DNA of 34,395 nt from Candidatus Nomurabacteria bacterium (GTDB lineage Bacteria > Patescibacteriota > Minisyncoccia > Phycocordibacterales > UBA5272): the NCBI GenBank assembly GCA_943354975.1, contig CALRDS010000003.1, positions 1 to 34,395 on the forward strand, read 5' to 3'. The notes under the pieces were generated by a model. The model was not told where the DNA came from. It made no database searches and saw only the letters and a program-made list of their open reading frames with translations. The position numbers were made by a program, and so were the translations under genes. This document shows, one piece after another, positions 27,170 to 34,395 of the stretch; positions within the stretch are counted from its first letter, which is position 1, and every line of letters begins with the position of its first letter.

Positions 27170-27859
27170 CTAGACGATATCACAATCTTTAAGTAGGGTG
27201 GTGACTTGTCGTGGGTTGAGGATATGTACAATGCCTGATTTTAGTCCATGAATAGTAAATGACAAGATACGCACCCTACGAAGGGATAAAACTGTTAAGT
27301 TAAGGGCATTTAACATTCTTCGGATCTCATGTTTCTTTCCTTCAGTTAAAATAATTTTTATCGAGTACCCTTCATTATAAATCGCAACTGATTTCACCGG
27401 AGCAAATGTTCCTTCTTGAGTGTATATTCCTTTTTTCAAAAGTGTCACTACACGAGGTGTCGCTTTTTCTCTGATTGTTACGTCGTATTCTTTTTCACGA
27501 GCATGTTTAGGATTTAGTAGTGCATCTACTACACGATAGTCATTTGTGTAAAGCAAAAGTCCGTCAGATTCTTTATCTAATCGACCAACTGGCTCACACT
27601 TTGTAAGTTCTGCGATTCTGCCAGTTATTTCTCCACGAGGTTTATTATAAAGTGCGTAAACTAGATTTTTAGTAGGGGAGGATATTACGACAGTGTCTCC
27701 CTTTTTTAATTTGCTACCTAAAGTAGCAACTTTTCCATTTATGGTTATGTATTTTTTAGTTATGTATTCATCAATGTTACGACGAGAACCAATCCCTTCA
27801 TCTCGAAGAAATACATTTATTCTGGCTGGAGTGATTTTGTTATATTTAATTGTTTTCAT
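27170..27859 (-). CDS. rRNA pseudouridine synthase, RsuA/RluB/RluF family, with S4 domain
   Basis: SRR, YNKPRG, VGRLDKESDGLLL and EGKKHEIRRM motifs. Confidence 0.95.
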   Translation of the reverse strand: MKTIKYNKITPARINVFLRDEGIGSRRNIDEYITKKYITINGKVATLGSKLKKGDTVVISSPTKNLVYALYNKPRGEITGRIAELTKCEPVGRLDKESDGLLLYTNDYRVVDALLNPKHAREKEYDVTIREKATPRVVTLLKKGIYTQEGTFAPVKSVAIYNEGYSIKIILTEGKKHEIRRMLNALNLTVLSLRRVRILSFTIHGLKSGIVHILNPRQVTTLLKDCDIV

Positions 27860-27902
27860 ATAGTTTGGATTTGTGTTTATTTAAAAATTAAAAATTGAAA
27901 AT

Positions 27903-29072
27903 TTACCTGGTATCTTTAAGTGGCATAACATAAGATACAGTCCAAAGTAGTACGGCTCCTAAAACTATAAACATTATTTGAGGCCTATCTATTAAAAATG
28001 GTGCGATGGCTACCCCAGTTGCTCCCACTAGAACCGTGGCTACACTTTTTGTGTTTGTGAAAAGTGCTGTTAGCGAAGCATCTTCTGGGCCTACTTTTTT
28101 GAAATAATAGGTGAACGCCATAGTTTCTACACACGCTGCACCGATTCTTGATATTAGTAGTAAAAATACCCAAATGCGTGGGTCAGGCGATGTGACTAAG
28201 ACACACAGGAAAGTAGTGACGGCTAAAATAAGTAATCCCCCAATAAGCAGTTCTTTCTCTCCGAATTTTTTATCTGCGAGTAGTCCAAGTTCATATGGTA
28301 ATACTACAAGGGGGGCAATTACAATTGGTAATATATAAGACAGATAAACGGCTAGGGGTATACCAAGCGTTGAGAGATATATCGGAGAATATATAATCAT
28401 AACAGCATAAAAACACTCAAGCACTAAAGCAGCTACTAATATTTCGCGCAGATTTTTGTTTCTCCAAGCTTTCTTTAAGGCCTCTAACATATTTATACTG
28501 TGATATGCAGGCTCTTGGATATGATTGAAGTACTTCTTTAAGAAAAATAGAAATGGAATTAAGATAAGAGCAGATATGGTGTAAAGAGTTTCAAACGAAG
28601 TTCTACCTAAGATTGTTCCCCCAATAAGTGGGGATATAAGTATTCCAAGATTAAGAAGTACAAGAAATAACCCTCGAATACTTCCTGTTTCAGCGTGTTT
28701 ACTAAAGCTCTCTATAAATACATTTAGACATATGTATAGAAGCATTTGGAGAACGAAATGTACTATAAAGAATAATCCTAGAAAATAGGGATGTTCTGTG
28801 ACTCCAAAAAGATAAGTAAAAATAATTTCCAATATAACTAAGGCAAAAGTAAAAGAATAGGTGTGATACTTTTTTATGTATTTAGCTACAGAAATTGATG
28901 CCCACAGAGACCCAAGACTTCCAAGCATATAAAGCAGACTCACCATCGAAGAATTGAAGTACTGGTGAAGGTATGATGAAGTAGCATAAAGTGGGATTCC
29001 GTAATGTAGTGCGTACAGTATAGTCAGCATGTACGTAACGACCAGGAGTTTATTTCGGACTATGTCGTGCAT
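27903..29072 (-). CDS. MFS transporter
   Basis: About 12 hydrophobic helices; GLLADKKFGEK motif-A-like loop. Confidence 0.9.
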   Translation of the reverse strand: MHDIVRNKLLVVTYMLTILYALHYGIPLYATSSYLHQYFNSSMVSLLYMLGSLGSLWASISVAKYIKKYHTYSFTFALVILEIIFTYLFGVTEHPYFLGLFFIVHFVLQMLLYICLNVFIESFSKHAETGSIRGLFLVLLNLGILISPLIGGTILGRTSFETLYTISALILIPFLFFLKKYFNHIQEPAYHSINMLEALKKAWRNKNLREILVAALVLECFYAVMIIYSPIYLSTLGIPLAVYLSYILPIVIAPLVVLPYELGLLADKKFGEKELLIGGLLILAVTTFLCVLVTSPDPRIWVFLLLISRIGAACVETMAFTYYFKKVGPEDASLTALFTNTKSVATVLVGATGVAIAPFLIDRPQIMFIVLGAVLLWTVSYVMPLKDTR

Positions 29073-29078
29073 TAGGAT

Positions 29079-29176
29079 AGTTTACAGTTTTTGGCTGTTA
29101 GTTTCCAGTGAAAAACTTAAGCGCCGCCCTTAGGGCGGCGCTTAACTAAAAACTGACAACTGTAAACTGAAAACTA
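29079..29176. repeat. Perfect GC hairpin flanked by inverted heptamer-repeat tracts
   Basis: TTAAGCGCCGCCC-tta-GGGCGGCGCTTAA between CAGTTTT-like and AAAACTG-like repeats. Confidence 0.7.
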
Positions 29177-31072
29177 TACTGATATAATTACTGGTATTAT
29201 CACAGGGCGTTTAGCAGTCTTTTGGAGTAAGAATTTTGTCGTAGCTTCTGCCACGTCTTGCTTCATTTGGTCTAGATTCATAAATCCACCCCGCGCAAGT
29301 GCATCATTGATAACTTTCTTAGTTAGCAGACGCGTCTGATAAAGCAGATCTTGAGATTCTTTTAGATAAACGAATCCACGAGAAATCAAGTCAGGGGATT
29401 TCTTAAGTGTATGTGTATGACTATCGATAACGCCGATGACCACAAACATACCATCTTCTGCAAGAGTCTGACGGTCACGCATAACCACATCTTGGATTTT
29501 ACCGACAGATGTTCCATCAACCACAATCATTTCCCCAGGAGCCTTTTCTTTTAGGGTTGTAATCTTATTTCCACCGTCTTGTATTTCAATAATCATTCCA
29601 TTATCCGCAATCACAATGTTTTCTTCAGGCATTCCTAACTTTCTTTCCAAATCAGCGTGCACTCGGTGCATGTAGTGGTATCCGTGAACAGGGATGAAGA
29701 ATTTCGGATGAATCTTTCGGTGAATCCAAATTAGCTCTTCAGCATTAGCATGACCTGAGGAGTGTACGTCAGATGTCCTGTAGTGAATAAGGTGAGCTCC
29801 TTGTCGAGAAAGTTTATCTTTCAAGTTCTGAACATTACGTTCATTTCCTGGAACAATAGAAGAAGACATGAGAATAGTATCACGCATACTTAAACGGATG
29901 AACTTATGAGTTTTGTTCCCAATGCGACCAAGAGCAGCAAATTCTTCGCCTTGTGCGCCAGTTGCTAGAATAACAATTTTGTTCTCCGGATAGCGTTGCA
30001 TATCATCTAATGTGATAAGAGACTCTGGGCGAATCTTCAACATGTTCGCAAGTTTTGTAACTTCAATATTTGTCTTCATACTACGACCTTCCACTACAAT
30101 TTTCTTTCCATGTTTTTCTGCAGTTTCTAGCATATAAAGCATTCTTTCTACTTGGCTGGCAAAAGTACTGACTATAAGTCTTCCCGGAGTGTCTCTGATT
30201 ACATTTTCAATGTTTTTGAATACGACACGATCAGATATAGAGAATCCTGGGTTTTCACAGTTTGTAGAATCTGTCATCAAGAGAAGCGTATTTCGATTTT
30301 CGAAAACTTTATAGCGCTCTTCCTCTTCTTCTGTTGGTACTCCATCATCATGATCAAGTCGCAGGTCTCCCGTGTGTACGACATCACCAAGAGGGGTTTC
30401 TACAATTATTCCCATAGAGTCTGGGATAGCATGAGAAACTCCGAAGAAACGAACCTTTAAATCTCCAAAGGTTATTGTGTCTCCTTTCTCTACTACATTT
30501 ATTGTAATCGGTGGTAGGTGAGGGAATTCTTCCTGACGCTTCTTTATCATAAGAGATGTGAATAGTCGGGCATAGAGCTGAGGGTTTCCAATGCGAGGCA
30601 TAATATAAGGAATGCCCCCGATGTGGTCTAAGTGACCATGGGTTACGACTACACCTTTTATTTTGTGTTTATGCTCTTCTAGGTATTTTGTATTCGGTAA
30701 GATGAAATCGATACCCGGGGTGTGAGACTCGGTAAATTGAACCCCGCAATCAATTATCACGATTGAGTTTTTGTATTCAACCATACTCATGTTTCGACCG
30801 ATTTCCTCTACACCTCCAAAGTGAATAATACGTATGTCTCCATCTTTTAGTGGTGGAATGTGATCGGTTTCTCTTTTAGATGATACAGTGGTATCGAATT
30901 TTGGTCCTACCATAGATCTCGGGGGACGATTATTTCGTCCGCGGGAACTGCCACCTGTGCGAGCAGGACCTGATGGTCTTCGATAAGGAGTTGTCTGTGG
31001 GGCAGGAGATATGACGCTTCCTTGTGCTCCTGTAGTTTCAGTAATTTCTGTTGTTGTGTTTTCTGGGTTCAT
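29174..31072 (-). CDS. rnj: Ribonuclease J
   Basis: GGVEEIGRN, THGHLDHIG, HTGD, HSSGHA and PVHG motifs. Confidence 0.97.
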   Translation of the reverse strand: MNPENTTTEITETTGAQGSVISPAPQTTPYRRPSGPARTGGSSRGRNNRPPRSMVGPKFDTTVSSKRETDHIPPLKDGDIRIIHFGGVEEIGRNMSMVEYKNSIVIIDCGVQFTESHTPGIDFILPNTKYLEEHKHKIKGVVVTHGHLDHIGGIPYIMPRIGNPQLYARLFTSLMIKKRQEEFPHLPPITINVVEKGDTITFGDLKVRFFGVSHAIPDSMGIIVETPLGDVVHTGDLRLDHDDGVPTEEEEERYKVFENRNTLLLMTDSTNCENPGFSISDRVVFKNIENVIRDTPGRLIVSTFASQVERMLYMLETAEKHGKKIVVEGRSMKTNIEVTKLANMLKIRPESLITLDDMQRYPENKIVILATGAQGEEFAALGRIGNKTHKFIRLSMRDTILMSSSIVPGNERNVQNLKDKLSRQGAHLIHYRTSDVHSSGHANAEELIWIHRKIHPKFFIPVHGYHYMHRVHADLERKLGMPEENIVIADNGMIIEIQDGGNKITTLKEKAPGEMIVVDGTSVGKIQDVVMRDRQTLAEDGMFVVIGVIDSHTHTLKKSPDLISRGFVYLKESQDLLYQTRLLTKKVINDALARGGFMNLDQMKQDVAEATTKFLLQKTAKRPVIIPVIISV

Positions 31073-31089
31073 ATATTTATTGTTAATTG

Positions 31090-32805
31090 TTAATGAATAA
31101 TATTCTCAAATTTTTCTAATATTTTTTTGTAATAAGTTTTTGGCCACACACTCTCTGTATATCTATACCAACTATGGATGAGTGCGAATCGGCTGGAACT
31201 ATCAAAACTGTAAATAGGTAATATTGTATTTACTTTATCATTTGCTATATAAATAAGTGATGGTGCGAATAAAAATATTCCTGGTACTTCATCGGCAAAT
31301 TCTTTTTTTACTGCTTCATAGGCTCTGATTCTCGCGAGTTCGTCTTCGCTACTTCGTAGTGTTTCTAGATTCACATCTAAATTTTTGCTGACATAATTTG
31401 AAATGTTTAGTCCAGGGTAACTACGTTGAGATGAATGCCAGAAAGCATAAAGATCGCCAGGGTTCTGAATAATAGAGCCAAAAAGTAGTGCTTGGAAATC
31501 TCGTTCCTTTATAACGGCTTGGTTTAAGTCAGCTACTTCGTATATAGCAATAGTGGTTTTTACACCTATCGCTTCCCAATTTTCTTTTATCATGTTTGCA
31601 GTGTGTTTCATTTCCTCTGTATTTGCTGTCGTAAGTGTTATTTCTAAAGTACTAGAAGCCTTCTTCATAACTTTGCTCTTCTTTAGAAGGGTGCGAGCTT
31701 TTTCTACATCATATGTTGGGTAGGATTCTTCATCGTCAAATGGATAAGGATTATTTATTACTTTTCCATAGTTTAGTAGTACATCACGGACTATTGCTTC
31801 TTTGTCTATTGCAAGAGCCAGCGCCATTCGTACTTGCTTATTTGAGAGTGCTGTTGATTTATTTGGATTAAAGAATACTCTGAAACTTCTTGGGAGAAGA
31901 GTCGTATGTATACTACTTGAAGCGATATCAAGTCGGGCTATTTTTTCAGGAAGTATTCCACTGATTCTGTTCACGTTTCCATTTGTAAATGCGGATATGG
32001 CCATTTTTTCATTCTGGTAGGTTTCGATAGTTATTTTGTCTATATATGGACGTCCTAAAGTGTAGCTGGGATTAGACACAAGTGTGATGGTAGCCGGGAT
32101 GCCAGAGTTAGTTTTTATGTCACTAATAGCATACGGCCCAGATCCAATGGCATGTATATTGTAATCACTTAAACTAAACTGCTCGTCAGTTAGATTTTTC
32201 CAGGTTGATTTTGGAAGTATTCCAATACTTAGAACATTCATGAATAAGGGAAATGGTTTCTTTAAAGAAAGAGTAAACTCAAGATCATTTTTCTTTTCTA
32301 CGCTTACTCCTTCCCACTCTACACGGTGAGGGCTTTTTATATTTGGATTTTGTATGAGAGAAATAGTATAAATTATGTCATCAGTAGTTACGTGGCTTCC
32401 ATCATGGAAACGGGCTGTATTTTTTAAGACAACATCGTAGTGAAGATGGTCTTCGCTTTCATTTATTGATTCTGCCATATCGAGAATAGCTTGGCCGGAG
32501 GCATCTTTTTTCGTAAGGCCTGCGTAAACTAATGCGACTAGATTCTCATCTTGGTCACTTGTTGCAAGTACCGGATTTATAAAGCGTGGAGTGCCGATTA
32601 TGCCTTCGCGGATACTTCCTCCATATGTTGGTACGTGTATTAGAAATTTAGAATTAAATACAACTAAAGCAGAAAATATAAGCATTATAGAAAGAGAGCA
32701 GAGCAGAGCAAAAATCATAACCTTCTCTGGTGTAAGGGTTCTATATATTCTTAGAGCGTTTGATGCCCAACTATTTATGATTTTTTTATAATTTGAGATG
32801 TCCAT
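31090..32805 (-). CDS. ABC transporter peptide-binding protein (SBP family 5)
   Basis: N-terminal TM helix; GG...EG, FHDG...TTDD and IGSGPY motifs. Confidence 0.92.
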   Translation of the reverse strand: MDISNYKKIINSWASNALRIYRTLTPEKVMIFALLCSLSIMLIFSALVVFNSKFLIHVPTYGGSIREGIIGTPRFINPVLATSDQDENLVALVYAGLTKKDASGQAILDMAESINESEDHLHYDVVLKNTARFHDGSHVTTDDIIYTISLIQNPNIKSPHRVEWEGVSVEKKNDLEFTLSLKKPFPLFMNVLSIGILPKSTWKNLTDEQFSLSDYNIHAIGSGPYAISDIKTNSGIPATITLVSNPSYTLGRPYIDKITIETYQNEKMAISAFTNGNVNRISGILPEKIARLDIASSSIHTTLLPRSFRVFFNPNKSTALSNKQVRMALALAIDKEAIVRDVLLNYGKVINNPYPFDDEESYPTYDVEKARTLLKKSKVMKKASSTLEITLTTANTEEMKHTANMIKENWEAIGVKTTIAIYEVADLNQAVIKERDFQALLFGSIIQNPGDLYAFWHSSQRSYPGLNISNYVSKNLDVNLETLRSSEDELARIRAYEAVKKEFADEVPGIFLFAPSLIYIANDKVNTILPIYSFDSSSRFALIHSWYRYTESVWPKTYYKKILEKFENIIH

Positions 32806-32811
32806 AACAAT

Positions 32812-32912
32812 TTAGTTTATAAAGTTTGAAAGTTTATAAAGTTTGAAAGTAAACCCAACATTGAATTTCACTTTATGGACTTTATAACTTGTAACTTTAC
32901 GGACTCTTTAAC
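32812..32912. repeat. Inverted tracts of degenerate AAAGT/ACTTT short repeats
   Basis: (AGTTTATAAAGTTTGAA)x2 facing ACTTTATGG-ACTTTATA-ACTTGTA-ACTTTACGG; similar tract at ~22195-22228. Confidence 0.7.
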
Positions 32913-32915
32913 TAT

Positions 32916-33140
32916 CTAAGCTGCTACGAGGGGATAAGCAAGAGTTACAGTAAACAATACTGCCACGATAACCGTAAGACGGTGGATTGATTTTTCTGCT
33001 CCACGCTTAACAAGTGCTGCCCCTGTTCCTCCATCCGCACCGAAAGCGCCTGATGCGTCAGTGTTTGCTCGTTGTACCAATACGAGAGCAATGAGGAGAA
33101 TAGCTAGTACTAATTGCACAATAGATAGCAAGTGAACCAT
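32916..33140 (-). CDS. secG: Preprotein translocase subunit SecG
   Basis: 74 aa, two TM helices, VLVQ..GAFG..KRGAEK pattern. Confidence 0.92.
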   Translation of the reverse strand: MVHLLSIVQLVLAILLIALVLVQRANTDASGAFGADGGTGAALVKRGAEKSIHRLTVIVAVLFTVTLAYPLVAA

Positions 33141-33286
33141 AAATCTATTATATCACAAATGGATAAACCTATGCAATATAGGGGTATTTGGGGGGAATGG
33201 GGCGATAAATGTATGAAAATTTCTAAGGTCTAATTCCCAATGAAATTCGAGATTGTATTTTTATTAGGTTAATTAGAAATTAGGCT

Positions 33287-34395
33287 TTAGACATTTTTTT
33301 CAAGACTTTTAACTTCATCAACTATTATCGTCTTGTCTCCATTTCTGGTGTTTACCTTTCCGCGGATTATAAGGGGAGCATCTATTAATAGAAGGCTTTT
33401 GTATCTTTTGTATGTTTCTGGAAATACTGCCACTTCTATTACTCCACGGTAGTCACGTAATGTGAGTAGTGCCATAGCATCACCTTTTTTTGTATTCATT
33501 ATTTTCATACGTTCTATTAATACCGCGACAGATACTTCTTTGCCGTCCGCGGTGTCGTGGTGTATTTTCTCTATGTTTATTCCACGAGACTCAATCTTTT
33601 CTTTCCATGGATCAAGCGGGAATCCCGAAACGAAAAGACCAAGCAGTTCTTTTTCCCAAGCGAGTTTCTGACTTGCTTCTACTGGTGGTGCTTTTTTCAT
33701 AACAAAAGAAGTAGTATCTGAACTTGAAAACAAACTGTCTTGCATAACATTATCTTTTACTACGCTTTTATGGAAGCTTAAAATGCTGTCCATATTAGAA
33801 AGTATTTCCCCACGCTCTCCTAAATCGTCCAATGCTCCACACATAGTTAAAGCTTCAAGAGACTTTTTGTTCAAATTTTTGTGAGTGACACGCCTAATGA
33901 AATTTTCAAAAGAAGCGTACTTCCCATTTTCTTCTCGTTCTTTTATTATGGCATCCGATATGTCTATTCCTAGATTCTTAATAGTGTAAAGTCCGAATCT
34001 AATTTCTTCTTTTTTATTTTTATCTTCAACGATATTAAATCCACCTTGACTCATATTGATATCTGGTGGAAGTACATAGATATTCATGCGTTTACATTCA
34101 GAAACAATTTCTGCAATTTTTTCTATATCGCCGGATTCATTCGTCATAATTGCTGTCATATATGCAACAGGGAAGTTAGCTTTCATATATGCAGTTTGGT
34201 AGGCGAGTCTTCCATAACTTGCGGCATGAGCTTTGTTGAATCCATAAGCAGCAAATGGTTCAATGAGTGACCAAAGTAGCTGACTTTTTTTTACAGATAG
34301 ACCGTGCTCGACGAATCCACTTAACAGGTTTTCTTTTTGTGCTTGCATTTCCGCGGGGATTTTTTTACCCATAGCTTTACGTAACTTATCAGCTT
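33287..34395 (-). CDS. dnaE: DNA polymerase III alpha subunit, C-terminal part (continues beyond the window)
   Basis: FAAYGFNKAHA, LPPDIN, EKELLG motifs and OB fold. Confidence 0.97.
   Translation of the reverse strand, partial: ADKLRKAMGKKIPAEMQAQKENLLSGFVEHGLSVKKSQLLWSLIEPFAAYGFNKAHAASYGRLAYQTAYMKANFPVAYMTAIMTNESGDIEKIAEIVSECKRMNIYVLPPDINMSQGGFNIVEDKNKKEEIRFGLYTIKNLGIDISDAIIKEREENGKYASFENFIRRVTHKNLNKKSLEALTMCGALDDLGERGEILSNMDSILSFHKSVVKDNVMQDSLFSSSDTTSFVMKKAPPVEASQKLAWEKELLGLFVSGFPLDPWKEKIESRGINIEKIHHDTADGKEVSVAVLIERMKIMNTKKGDAMALLTLRDYRGVIEVAVFPETYKRYKSLLLIDAPLIIRGKVNTRNGDKTIIVDEVKSLEKNV

Noticed and set aside
85-34270. Many short ORFs antisense to or overlapping recognised genes (e.g. 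85-474, 3533-3919, 11274-11813, 24638-24961, 24768-25148)
   Set aside because: Shadow frames of real genes or spans across terminators and repeats, with no expression signals.
1-34395. CRISPR array, rRNA, tRNA, transposase or reverse transcriptase genes
   Set aside because: No regularly spaced repeat-spacer array and no such motifs seen in the sequence or the ORF track.

Overview
Low-GC bacterial chromosome segment whose gene content and style resemble Patescibacteria/CPR (Parcubacteria-like; inference), read with the standard code 11. Core genes: gap-rpiB-rpe-split transketolase-pfkB/fba, VIT1, tgt, uvrB/uvrA/uvrC, class Ia ribonucleotide reductase nrdAB, a degenerate Ddl-like protein, pseudouridine synthase, MFS transporter, RNase J, peptide-binding protein, secG and partial dnaE. 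Main observations: (1) a diversity-generating retroelement (DGR) target gene (5-754) with its template repeat at 1077-1166. All 18 differences in 90 nt fall on template adenines, the template sits in a long structured non-coding region, and no RT or Avd gene is in the window. (2) A four-segment, leader-peptide-type attenuator in front of a RimJ/RimL-type GNAT acetyltransferase. (3) A series of self-contained minus-strand promoter-cargo-terminator cassettes, three of which appear to carry only structured RNAs. (4) Two families of dispersed palindromic elements. (5) Apparently leaderless core genes versus Shine-Dalgarno-led cassette genes. All structures and alignments were read by eye; no searches were run.
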